Assembly (NCBI RefSeq): GCF_028641065.1
Contig: NC_073406.1
Span: 10,478,001-10,542,000 of the forward strand
Length of the DNA stretch: 64,000 nucleotides
From: Leucoraja erinacea
Taxonomy: Eukaryota
Direction of reading: 5' to 3'
Part shown: piece by piece, positions 24,783 to 36,164 of the stretch
Layout: each line of letters opens with the position of its first letter
How positions within the stretch are numbered: position 1 is the stretch's first letter
Notes under the pieces: model-generated
The model's input: only the letters and a program-made list of their open reading frames with translations
What the model was told of the DNA's origin: nothing
The model's database searches: none
Made by a program: the position numbers and the translations under genes

Positions 24783-25697
24783 GGCAAGGACCTTATGATG
24801 CTGGATGCCATTCCAATTCACTTGGGAAATGCATACAGGTGTTGTGTAGATGCTGGGGCAAACGTATCCAGATGTTTCCCTGGTCTTTACAGTAAAGGCA
24901 TAATGTATGTACCTCTGCAGACCCAATGGGAATGGTCCCCCCGGCGGCGATGATAACAAGCCATGGGGTGGTGCATGTAATCCCACACTAGCACTTGGTG
25001 TTGGAGCCCCCTAAGGCGCTCAAAGTGCGGGCCGTTATTCACCGCGCGCCAATGGTAACGGCCCCGTTCCAGGAGCTCTTCGACCCCCCGCAACTCGGGC
25101 GGGAGAATTCGCCGTTGCAAGCCCGATCAAGGATCTCCCTCAGGGAGTCGCGTGTTAGAGAATTACGCCGTCTATGAGACCCGCAGCAGCAGCCTCCGAC
25201 ATAGGAGCCTCCCACAGCAGCAGCAGCAGCAGCAGTGCTCCTCCACCCGCTCCAACCGCTCCGGACTCGGCCAGCCCCCTCGACGGTGATTAGCACGAGT
25301 CCATAAGTTCCAGGAGCCGACTCCTCGTTGCCCTCAAGTCAACGGAAACCCGACGACGAAAAAGGCTGGTCTCCAGTCAGGGAGAGATTTAAAAAGTTTC
25401 CCCCCCCCCTCCCCCCATTACCCCCCCACACACACCACCCCACAAAAAATAACAAAAACTACATTTAAACACAGACAGAAAATAATAAAAACGCGGACAG
25501 ACTGCAGAGGCCGCTGCTGGCCAGAGCCGCGCCGCCTACCGGCAAGGACCTTATGATGCTGGATGCCATTCCAATTCACTTGGGAAATGCATACAGGTGT
25601 TGTGTAGATGCTGGGGCAAACGTATCCAGATGTTTCCCTGGTCTTTACAGTAAAGGCATAATGTATGTACCTCTGCAGACCCAATGGGAATGGTCCC
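24783..25697. repeat. Perfect 157-bp direct repeat (24783-24939, 25541-25697) around a GC-rich element
   Basis: Period 758; identical copies by eye. Confidence 0.95.
24940..25540 (-). mobile_element. CpG-rich young non-LTR-type element 5' portion (partly mosaic)
   Basis: Minus strand begins GGTAGGCGGCGCGGCTCTGGCCAGCAGCGGCCTCTGCAG; CpG not depleted; no intact 3' tail. Confidence 0.6.
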
Positions 25698-26075
25698 TTG
25701 GGGATAACAACATGGTAATACATGTAATCCCTGATAGAATTCTGACAACTAAGGTCAAGTGTGGGCATTATTCACATGCCAAAATAACGGTAGTTAGCTT
25801 ATTATAAGCAAAAGAGAATCCCCAACTATCATGGATTGTTTCACAGTCGGTGTTAGAGAATTACAACCTGCTATGAGGCTCGATGGCAGTGTAGACATAG
25901 GAACACCCACAGCCGTAATGGTATATTGTGTATCAGACAAGTCAGTCGCAATTCCCTCTACTGATTCACGTTCATAAGTTCCAGGAGCAGACTTAGCCAT
26001 CAAGTCTATTCTGCCATCCAAACGTGGCTGATCTATCTCAACCCAATTCTCGACCTTCTCCCCATTAAGACACCC

Positions 26076-26580
26076 TTCCCTTGGCTCATTGTCGCAGCAT
26101 GGTGGCCACGAGGCCATAGGAGGTTGTAGGAGGTCTTCGTCACTCTTCCTCGTGCTCGAGAGTAGTCTTAGGAGGCCGTAGACATAGTCGTAGGAGGTCT
26201 TTTAATTCGGCGAGTCAATACGACCTTGACATTTTTTTCTGGAGTCGGCTAGGGTCAGGCAGCAAACTGGTGAGAAAGAATGGGTGACATTTCGAGTCGA
26301 GACCTTTCTTCAGTCTGAAGAAGGGACTAAACCCGAAACGTCACCTATTCCATCTCTCCAGAGATGCTGCCTGTCCCGCTGAGTTACTCCAGCTTTTTGT
26401 GTCTACCTTCGGTTCAAACCAGCATCCGCTATTCCTTCCCACACAATGGAAATGGTTCGGCTTCCTAAAGCTCCTGTCCCGCCTCCATGACCTAATTGGC
26501 GACCTCTGCCAAGTTTTCCCTTGGCTCATTGTCGCAGCATGGTGGCCACGAGGTCATAGGAGGTCGAAGGAGGTCTTCGT
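26076..26580 (+). mobile_element. Rearranged Harbinger-like MITE pieces flanking a fold-back PLE mini-element (26252-26445)
   Basis: Pieces match the reverse complement of 54380-54517; 65-bp direct repeat 26076-26140 / 26516-26580; hammerhead-like core at 26315-26342. Confidence 0.7.
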
Positions 26581-26949
26581 AATAATAAATATTTCATACG
26601 CATCAGTTACAGTAGCTGGTCTCGAGGCATGTGCCTCCTGATGCAGTAACGACATAAGGAACAACACCTTCTATTGCCTGCGACGGTGCTCTCTGGTTAT
26701 AATGCAGGACAAGCTGCAGTGCAGCAGCATCATCAAGACTATGTCACTGTCCTCTCTTAAACCTATTGTTGATTCAGATGCAAAGTAATTAGGCTCCCAG
26801 CGGAAACATCACACGAAAAATGGCACTTACATCATGTGTAACAGTCAGTCCCAACACTTATCATTATGAGTGTGGCGAGCCAGAGCATGCCGTCACATGA
26901 CTCAGAACCCTGTCTATTTGAAGTCAGCTCTTGAGTACATAGCCGAGGG

Positions 26950-27370
26950 CAAGTCAAGAGTCACGAGTCATGGGTGTTTAATTATCATGTGTAACGGCAA
27001 CAGAACAGTGGAATTTTTACTCCTTGCAGCTTTACAGGCCCATTAGTGCAATAATACAGAAATTAATATCTAATCAATTATACAATAAATTGATGATCAG
27101 CAATGCTCAGTAAGCAGACAATAGCATGTAACAAAGGTTTTTCACTGTTCCTCGGTACACATGACACAAAGCTAACAATAGTATTGCAAAAACCAAGGTA
27201 TGTGGTGCAACCAAATCCAAGTCCTTGGTCGGTCATAGTTGTGGAGGTTAGTGTTGCCCAGTGTTCAAGCGCATGATGCTGGGAAGAAGCAGTTCTTGAA
27301 CATGGAGACCATAGTTCCCAGGCTCCTGTACCTTCTTCCCGATGGTAGGAGCAAGATAAGAGTGTGGCTC
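26950..27370 (-). mobile_element. Rex1/Babar LINE 3' fragment
   Basis: Minus strand HTLILLLPSGRRYRSLGTMVSMFKNCFFPA; (GACTCTT)n-like tail. Confidence 0.8.
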
Positions 27371-27374
27371 CTGT

Positions 27375-27650
27375 AAAAGGCCCTTTAGCCCACGTCAACC
27401 AGCGATCAACCTGTACACTAACACTATCCTACAGACAATAGGGAAAATTCACAATTTTTCCAAAGCCAATTAGCCTATAAACCTGTACGTCTTTGCAGCG
27501 TGGGAGGAAATTGGAGCTCCCGGAGAAAACCCACGGCGAGTCACGAGGAGAGCAGGCGCACTCTGCACAGACAGCGCCCATAGTCGGGATCAAACCTGGG
27601 TGTTAGACGCTGTAAGGCAGCAATTCTACCGCTGTACCTCCCTGCCGCCC
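27375..27650 (-). mobile_element. HE1-like V-SINE
   Basis: Core and head on the minus strand. Confidence 0.85.
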
Positions 27651-28049
27651 ACGATGCCAGTGAATTCCACGATTCCAGTCTCTGGACTGTCCTCAACACT
27701 TTCCATCCATCCCTTGTGGGTCCAAAGTGAAACAGAAAAATGCTGGAAATGCTCTGCAGGTCAGAATGTAACTGTAGAGAGAAGAACTTAGTTAACATTT
27801 CAGAAAAAGACACAAAGTGTTGCAGTAACTCAGCGGGTCAGGCAGCATATCTGGAGAACATTGGCAGGTAACATTTCGTGTCGGGACCTTTCGTCAGATA
27901 TTTCAGGCTGTTAGTCATTGCCCATGTTTTTCTCTCCACTGATGCTGCCTGATTTCCAGCATTTCGGATTTTTAGCATCTGCAAATTTGTATTTTAATCT
28001 TCAGTAACAGTGGTAGCGGTGGTAAGTATTGTCAAAGCAAAGTTATTCG

Positions 28050-28422
28050 TAAGGGCATAAGGTCATAAGGCCGTAAGGTCATAAGTTATAGGAGCAGAAT
28101 TAGGCCATTCGGCCCATCAAGTCTACTCCGCCATTCAATCATGGCTGATCTATCTCTCCCTCCTAACCCCATTCTCCGGCTTCCTCCCCATAACCCTTGA
28201 CACTCATACTAATAAAAAATCTACCTCTCTGACTTTAAAATAGCCATTGACGTGGCCTCCAGAGGCTTTTGTGGCAAAGAATTCCACAGATTCACCACCC
28301 TCCGACTAAAGAAATTCCTCCTCATCTCCTTCCTAAAGGAACGTCCTTTAATTCTGAGGCTATGACCTCTAGTCCTGTACTCTCCCACGAGTAGAAACAT
28401 CCTCTCCACATCCACTCTATCA
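28050..28422 (-). mobile_element. CR1 3' fragment with (TTATGACC)n tail
   Basis: ORF 28221..28448: DRVDVERMFLLVGEYRTRGHSLRIKG...RRNFFSRRVVNLWNSLP. Confidence 0.92.
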
Positions 28423-29163
28423 TTAACTGTGAAATCTTCCTGAGACACAGGTTAAAGTGGTATAGTGACACCTATTTCTTGATCTGTATAGAGGCGCAAA
28501 AGCTGAATGTCCTGTCTCCTGTTTGTATAAGTGCGACTGCTTTTTTTTAAGAGAAAGATGGTTGCTTCTAACACGGTTTTTAGTTATTTTCTGGGCCATT
28601 AACTTTATCAGGTGGTTTATTACAAATGAATTATAAAGGCTTCAAATTGACAAACGCCAATCCACTGAAAGGATCCTAATTAATGCATTAAGATTAGCAA
28701 GTTGATTCCTTGACATTTATGTGAAACCTTTGATGGCAGAATTGTGGGCACATTTTCAAAAGATACATTTTCCCTTAACATGAGCAGCGATGGGAGAACC
28801 AGTCAAAATTCATGAGTTTCTACAGGGATGTTATCTTCAGGATCAATAGTAATGTTTAGCATTAATTTGCCTAATTGTTGCTACGGATTATAGAGTCTGT
28901 GCTGCATGAAGCTGTCTTTAAACTTTAGACTTTAGAGATACAGAGCAGAAACAGGGTCTCCCACCCACCAGGGCCACGTTGACCAGTGATCACCCCCAAC
29001 ACTAACCTACACACACAAGGGACTATTTTACAACTTACTTTTACAACTTATTTTACAACTTACAACAAACCTGTACGTGTTTGGTATGTGGGGGAAAAGT
29101 GAGCACCCAGGGAAAACCCACGGGGTCACAGATAAAACGTATAAACTCCACACAGACAGCACC

Positions 29164-29301
29164 TTTCTTCTTCTTTCGTGTGGCGTGCACAGCCTAAAGT
29201 TGTTGGACAACTTGTTCTATTTGATCTTCCGTTTGTGCACGTCGAGTTGATTGCATTAGTCGCAACAGGGCGGACCACGTGAAGGTTGCAATCTTCCACC
29301 C
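29164..29301 (-). mobile_element. Short non-autonomous retroelement (Ingi/Vingi-type SINE by inference) with 10-11 bp TSD and (GAA)n tail
   Basis: TSD (C)AGACAGCACC at 29153-29163 and 29301-29311; 3' end CACGAAAGAAGAAGAAA; no tRNA head. Confidence 0.85.
29249..29301 (-). ncRNA. Minimal HDV-like (CPEB3-type) self-cleaving ribozyme motif
   Basis: GGGUGG/AA/GAUUGCA/ACC/UUCACGU/GGU/CCGCCCU/GU/UGCGA/CUAA/UGCAAUC = P1, J1/2, P2, P3, L3, P3', P1', J1/4, P4 stub, J4/2 with catalytic C (29259), P2'. Confidence 0.8.
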
Positions 29302-29897
29302 AGACAGCACCCGTGGTCAGAATTGAACCGGGTCTCTGGCGCTGCAAGGCAGCAACTCTACCGCTGTGCCACCGTGCCACCCCAGGCAATGATAATCTTA
29401 GATTGTAGCATTTCTCTAAATTCTTAGGTTGTAGCATTATTGGACTACAATAAGCTGGAAAAGTGCTGGCTACAGGGCTATGAGAAGAGGGCAGGTGGTG
29501 GAACTAGCTGATTGTGCTGACATAACGCAAGTATGGACTTGATGGGCTGAACGTCCCCTTCCAGGCTCTGGACATTTCCTGATTCAACTGTGATCATCAT
29601 ACAGAAAACGATCCAAAAATGGCATGGAAATCTAAATTAAAACCTATCATTGAACTAATTAACTTAAAGGAAAGTGGTTTTGGGATTAGATCAAAGCAAA
29701 AGTGGCAGATTAACTTCATAGTTCAAGGATGGTACATTTGAAAAGCACAGCGGGGTTATGGTTGGCAGTGAGCAGAGCAGTATAACTCCATCCCAGCTAC
29801 AACTTAACCTTTGCCTGTACTGCGTGTGAGGCAGATCCACAAGAAAGAAGTGGCATTTACACAGACCCTTATCAGGTCCATCCAAGAACACAAGAAA

Positions 29898-30120
29898 ACC
29901 AGACCATCACACAAACCACACATACCAGACCATCACACAAACCACACATACCAGACCATCACACAAACCAACCTCCCTTCCATTGACTCCATTTATACCT
30001 CATGCTGCCTCGGCAAGGCTACCAGCATAATCAAGGACGAGTCGCACCCTGGCCACTCCTTCTTCTCCCTTCTCCGATCAGGTAAAATATATAGAAGTGT
30101 ATAAACGCACACCTCCCTCC
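29898..30120 (+). mobile_element. Rex1/Babar fragment with 26-bp tandem repeat at its 5' junction
   Basis: TNLPSIDSIYTSCCLGKATSIIKDESHPGHSFFSLLRSGKIYRSV; ACCAGACCATCACACAAACCACACAT x~2.8. Confidence 0.85.
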
Positions 30121-30863
30121 ACCGCCTCCCATTCCACCGCGCCCCCCATTCCCCCCTCCACCATCCCTCTCCCTTCTTAGTTAATGACAGGACAGACTCA
30201 AAACGTGACACGCAATCATATCACCAGCTCTCGTCCTTTGGGTCTGACGCACATTTTAGACCAACTCAATGTGCGCAAATATAATGTAATGATATTTTTC
30301 GAAGATTTTGCAGGTAATCCACATTTCCATCTGTCACCATTATACGCTGTGTCCATTTCCTCCATTTTCTGATAACCTATTATGGTGAAACAGCAGTAAT
30401 AACATTGTTTGCACTGGGCAGGTGGTGTTTATTACCCAATATAAATACCTTAACCATTAACAAAATATGTGCTTTCATACATTCTCGTTATGCTTAGACA
30501 GGAAAGAAATATACAAAGCAGGAAAAAAATGCTGACAGTCAGAGGAATTGTTCAAGGGGTGTTGACAGAACCAAAATAATTTCCTTTGTTTTCACACCAT
30601 TGGCAAACTGGTCGCAGTTTGACTCAGGTCTAACAAATGCAAAACATTCACAGTCAGTGTTGAGTTATGGCATTTGTGAGATTGCTGCTAAAATCAATAC
30701 TGCGACTGATTACCTTGCTCCGTTCCACAAAACTGTGCGCCTTTTCTTGCCCTCAGCTTTACCTTGATGACTATCGCATTGCTTAAAAGGGGACTTAAGG
30801 ATGAGGCTTAAAGTAGCTGGCTTGCTGTGTGGAAGATTTAGGATAGAATCCCCCTCTGTGATC

Positions 30864-30915
30864 TCCCCCCCCCCCCCCCCCCCCCCCCACCCCCCCCCCC
30901 CCCCCCCACCACCCA
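30864..30915. repeat. Poly-C tract
   Basis: About 50 nt, almost all C. Confidence 0.95.
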
Positions 30916-31424
30916 TCCTTTGTGTTTTCCTTTACTACTCTTTCCTCTGTGTATCAGGGGCTATGGGGAGAAGGCAGGGGAATGGGGTTAGGAGGGAGAG
31001 ATAGATCAGCCATGATTGAATGGCGGAATAGACTTGATGGGGCGAATGGCCCAATTTTGACCTTATGACCTTTTTTTACAAGGCGGATGGGTCCCAAATT
31101 GTCCATTCTTTCCCCAAAGTCATGTTCATAATTCTGATGCTATCATTGAAGACCTTTTTTTTTTAACCTTCTCTTTATCCTTCAGCAAGATCATGATAAA
31201 AATATCACACAGTATGGTAATTCTTTTTCAACCAAGGCTTGGCGACAGTATGGCATAAAAGATTTTCCATTCCATCCATCAATAAATAAAGTCAAGTGCT
31301 TGGTTTGGTTTTTAAATGACCTTATTGAGCAGCAAAGAAAATTCAATGATTTTCGTGTATCTGTGCTCCGAAATCCTTTCTTACTACCGACCTATACTGA
31401 TTCCTATTTTCTAAGTCATAATCA

Positions 31425-31622
31425 GTTAAATTTGCATTTATATAACATCTTTCACATCCCGTTCAGGTTATAACAAAGAGCTTTCAAGTACTTTTGAATT
31501 GGAGTCAGTGTAATAGAGTAAGAGAATAGGAAGGGAAATTGTACACAACAGTGTCTCTCCAAGAAATAGGATCACAACCAGATCATCGGTTTGGTGGCAA
31601 TTCAGTAAGTAGTCAATATTTA
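31425..31622 (-). mobile_element. DeuSINE (SacSINE1/AmnSINE-like) relic
   Basis: TTGCATTTATATAACATCTTTCAC...AAGTACTTTTGAA...CCAGATCATC resembles the Deu-domain/tail in antisense (recalled). Confidence 0.6.
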
Positions 31623-32077
31623 CCTCTGCCCGGGCCACCCACCTGGAGTTACAACCTCAGCATCCACGTGGCAAATAAAAAATTCCCCAGGTATATCGTG
31701 TCCCGTCATTAAGGCAACTGAATCGGTCTCCTCTCTATCCGCAGCAGAATGATGGAAGTAGTGATGTCAAGCCACACTTACTCTGATGCTTTATCGACTC
31801 ACTAATGCCAGCTCCGAATCTCGTCATGGTCGTGTCCTGAAAGTCGATCGAAGGGTTGAATTCCAGAGGTATGGGATTGACTGCCCTTGACATCAAGGCA
31901 GCAATTGTCTAAATGTGGCTTTGAGTATCTTTGGTAGACTCTTGAAGCCCAATGGGCAACAGGGAGAAAACACTCAATGGCAGGAGTTGTTCTTCACACA
32001 GACAGAGGTGGTTGTGGGTGTGGAACCCCAACCCCGGGACATCACTGCAGCCCTGTGCCCTAAACCCAAACATCTCT

Positions 32078-32372
32078 CATGGTGCAGCAGTCAAATTGCT
32101 GCCTTACAGCACCAGAGACCCGGGTTCGATCCTGACTACGGGTGCTTGTCTATAAGGAGTTTGTACCTTCTCCCCACGACCAGCGTGGGTTTTCTCCGCT
32201 TTCCTTCCACATTCCAAAGACGTACAGGTTTGTAGGCCAATTGGCTTGGTAAAATTGTAACTTATCCCTACTGTGTAGGACCATGTTAGTGTGTGGGGAT
32301 CACTGGTCAGCAAGGACTCGGTGGGCTGAAGGGCCTGTTAACGCGATGTATCTCTAAACCAAACTAAATTAA
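32078..32372 (+). mobile_element. HE1-like V-SINE
   Basis: Head, core and tail. Confidence 0.88.
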
Positions 32373-32409
32373 ATTCTTCCACTGCCTTATCAAGTGCCCT
32401 TGCCTTTCA

Positions 32410-33075
32410 TCATTGAATCAGAAGTGGGGACACTTGCTGATGATTGCATAATGTTGGATTCCATACGGGACTGCTGACCAGAATACTCCCAAGCATATGT
32501 GGCCAGCAACATTTACAATGCAGACAAAAATCATCTTGAATATTGCCTCATCACCACTTACGACATTCAGTCCTCCAAAACAAATACCTGGTGCTGTTCA
32601 ATGGCCAGCCACCATATACAGAGGCTACAAGAGCAGGTTAGACCTTGTTAGACACAAAATGCTGGAGCAACTTCAGACTGAAGAAGGTGTATCAACCCGA
32701 AACATCACCCATTCCTTCTCTCCAGAAATGCTGCCTGGCCCACAGAGTTACTCCAGCATTTTGTGTCTACCTTCAATTTAAACCAGCATCTGCAGTTCTT
32801 CCCTACCCAGGTTGGACATTGTGTGTCCTGCAGAGAGTGCTTCATCTCCTTGCACCCTAGAGTCTGTCTGCCATCGAGGAGACCAACCAGGAGTGTGTTG
32901 GAATGTTCTCCTCATGCCTTGATGAATACAGCTCCAACAACCCTCAGGAAGCTCAAAACCATTCTGTAGTAGGAAGCCCATAGACTGGCCCTCGTCTACC
33001 AACATAAACGTTAATTCCCTCCAACACTGTTGCACAAGGGGATCGAGATGATGCCAAAGTTATTCACCAGGTTAC
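32410..33075 (+). mobile_element. Ancient CR1-superfamily LINE fragment interrupted by a PLE mini-element (32648-32806)
   Basis: Degenerate SEVGTLADDC (F/YADD motif) and RSVLECSPHALMNTAPTTLRKLKTI. Confidence 0.6.
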
Positions 33076-33124
33076 CATGACAGCATATATGAGAGATGCA
33101 GTCATCCTTTGTGTAGGGTATTTA

Positions 33125-33680
33125 GAGTCACAGTTACTTACAGCACGGAAAAAGGCCTTTTGGCCCATCTGGTCCATGCTGACCAAGTTGCCTCATTTAT
33201 GCCAGTCTCTATTAACCAACAATTGGTTCAATCCCTCTGAACCTTTCCTATCCATGCATCTGTCCAAGTGCCTTTTAAATGTTTTGTTTAGTTTGGTTTA
33301 GAGATACAACGTGGAAACAGGCCCTTTGGCCCTTTGGCCCTTTGGCCCTTTGGCCCACCGAGTCCACGCTGGCCGGCGATCACCCGCACACTAGTTCTAT
33401 CCTGCACACTAGGGACAATTTACAGAAGCGAATAAACCAACAAACCTGCACGTCTTAGGGAAGTGGAGGAAACTGGAGCATCCAGAGAAAACCCACGTAT
33501 TCACAGGGACAACGTGCAAACTCAGTAAAGAAAGAATCTTTAATCAGGATCAAATCTGGGTCACTGGTGCTGTAAAGCAGCAATTCTACCGCTGTGTAAC
33601 TGCGCCACCCAAAAATATTGTTATTGTACCTGCCTCAGCTACCTCCTCTGGCAGCTCATTCCATATGCCCACAACCCCCT
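33125..33680 (-). mobile_element. CR1 3' end with nested V-SINE (33284-33610), including (GGCCCTTT)n expansion
   Basis: CR1 resumes after the SINE (ATTGTTATTGTACCTGCCTC); 8-bp unit x~4.5 at 33320-33356. Confidence 0.85.
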
Positions 33681-33814
33681 GTATGCCTTTGGTTATTTAC
33701 AATTATAACTTTGATTCTGATGTAGAATACTGTCAGTCACCTGAATAGGCATTGTTCCAATAGGATATTTACCCAAGAACTGGTCAATGTTTGCAAAGGA
33801 CATTAGAGATCTCA

Positions 33815-34036
33815 GGGGGAAAGAGCAAAGACATATTTCCGCTGCCCATTATTATACCTATCACTCAGCCAACAACACAAAACAAATAGATTTTCCAAAC
33901 AGTTATCATATTGCTGCATAGGGGAGTTTGCTTTACACTTTAATAAAATAATGATCACACTTCGAAATAACTCATTGGTTGGAGAGAGCTTTGGGATGTG
34001 ATGTGATCCTAAAAAGTACTTTATAAAGACAAGTGT
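33815..34036 (+). mobile_element. DeuSINE (SacSINE1/AmnSINE-like) relic
   Basis: GAAAGAGCA...TTATCATATTGCTG...ACACTTCGAAATAACTCATTGGTTG...GCTTTGGGATGT...TTTATAAAGACAAGT. Confidence 0.65.
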
Positions 34037-34734
34037 TACAAACATTTTGTTTTTATTTCAGTGCTTAAATCAAAAGCACCCTTGTATTTCATTGATAAGC
34101 CTGATTTCTGAGTTGCATTTATTTTAGCCCCTAGATCCTTTAACCTTCCAGAAACCAAAGAAGTCTCCTGTGGCTGTGGTGCTTGGCATTTTGTTAAAAA
34201 GCAACTTCTCTCCTGTTTTCCCTTCCATGTTTAGCTACTTCTCCACAAAAGAAATTGTTTTGATTCTGACGGTGTGCTTCATAGACACAAAGCACATATT
34301 TCTCTTCACCGGGGACATCATTACTTTTGGTTCAGTGCTGCGAATTCAGGCAGAAGTTGCATTTGCGTGACATGATTACTTTCAGGAGCTGCAGAACTCC
34401 ACAAACAGTTGTGGTCAGTTACCAACACAAAGAAACACCTTACAGGTGAACATTTCAGAACTGAGATCAATAGTTTTCTTGGACCGAGGTATGAATGGTT
34501 GCAGAAGCGTAGGAGGCTGAGCGGTGATCTTGCAGAGGCGTATAAAATCATGAGGGGAATAGATGGAGTGAGTGCACTGAGAAAATAAGTCATTAGCTGC
34601 AAAGAGTACAGATCCACGAGGATATTGCCTGGACGCAAGGGCCTGAGCCACAAGGAGAGGTCACGCCTGCTAAGACTTTATTCCTTAATGGGCAAAGGTG
34701 GGTGGTACAAAATCGTGAGGGGAATAGACTGCGT

Positions 34735-35757
34735 GAATGGTACAGCGGTAGAGCTACAGCGCCAAAGACCCGGGTTTGATCCTGACTACAGGCGCTTGGC
34801 TGTACGGAGTTTGAACGTTCTCCCCGTGACCTGCGTGGGTTTCCCCCGAGATCTTTGGCTTCCTCCCATACGCCAAAGGCGAATGGGCTTGTAGGTTAAT
34901 TGGCTTGGCATAAATGTAAAATTGTCCCTAGTGTGTGTAGGATAGTGTTAAGGGACTGTCCCACTTTGCGATTTTTTCGGCGACTGCGAGCGTCAGTGAC
35001 TGCGCCCGCAAAACCGTCATGGGGGAGTCGGGGAAAGTGGGGGTGGGGGGGGGGTGTGGAGAATGGGAGAAGGGAGGAAGAGGGGGAGAAGGGGGAGAAG
35101 GTGGAGCGGGGAGAAGGGAGGAAGAGGAGGGAAGGGAAGAAGTGGGGGAGAGGGGAGGGGAGAAGGGTAGGGGGGAGTGGATAAGGAGGGATGGGGTGTG
35201 GAAAGCGGGAAGTGGGGGGGGGGGGGAGGGAGAGAGGGGGGTGGAGGGGAGAGGGGAGTTCAGTCTACACTCACTGAATCTATCCCTGTGAAATGTTAGA
35301 GACGGTGATTGGATCTGGAAACGGTTCAACACATCTGGAAATAAAACTGAACGACTCAGACATCTTTTCATTTGCACAATTAATTTGATCGTATTAATTT
35401 AAATATATTAATGTTTAAAATCCATGCATTGAAGAAAGAATATTTTACAGCCCATGTGTGGTTCCTAACCCTAACCGGGTGTCACCCGTAGGACAGCATA
35501 CATCAGCGTGTGATGGGTGACATGATGAGACACCCAGATGTCGCCCCTGGATTTAGAACATTCCAAAATGGGAGACATGCATCAACATGCGCCATGCCAC
35601 GTCACGACCCGACCATGACGCAACAACCTCTTTCCAAGCGATCCCCAAAAATGTCGCCCAAGTGGGACAGGCCCTTTAGTGCCCAGGGATCACTGGTCGG
35701 TGCGGACTCGGTGAGCCGATGGGCCTGTTTCTGCGCTGTATCTCTAAACTAAACTAA
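34735..35757 (+). mobile_element. V-SINE split by a Harbinger-like MITE
   Basis: SINE reads ...GATAGTG[TTA] then resumes [TTA]GTGCCCAGGGATCACTGGTCGG. Confidence 0.88.
34951..35675. mobile_element. PIF/Harbinger-type MITE, complete, TTA TSD
   Basis: TIRs AGGGACTGTCCCACTTTGCGA / TCGCCCAAGTGGGACAGGCCCT; TTA at 34948-34950 and 35676-35678; internal G-rich purine tract 35020-35260. Confidence 0.88.
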
Positions 35758-36164
35758 AGTAGGTTAGAAGGTGTGCCTCATTACTGCACTTTGTAAATGG
35801 CACTCTCTTTAAGGACACTAATGGAAAATCTCCATTACCTTTGGTTGTTTTGATGTTGATCAATGCAGCTACCTTCCTCGCTAGCAGCCGCATAGTGAAA
35901 TGACTGCTCAGTATGTGCTCCCACACCCTGTCTTTAGATACTGCTCATATCAAGCAGTCCCAACTGCTGTTACGGTTACATTAGTTTTGACACAAGCAAT
36001 GACATGGAACTCCACCGAGACTGTCTTCCAAGCATCCAAGTAATTTATCACAGAGAGGTTGCAGAAAGTGATATCTGAGGGCCTTATCTCCTGTTTGTGT
36101 CAATGTTATGTGGACGTTTTTGTAAATTAATCTTTTGATGGCTCTGCCTTGCCTTGACAATTTC

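Larger units (their letters stand above)
28915..29382 (-). mobile_element. HE1-like V-SINE hosting a nested mini-retroelement
   Basis: SINE sequence resumes after the duplicated CAGACAGCACC. Confidence 0.88.

Noticed and set aside
24783-25697. Second ~157-bp mega-TSD supporting a nucleosome-length rule
   Set aside because: Not accepted as independent evidence: homology continues as a mosaic past the repeat, so the repeat may be produced by consensus error.
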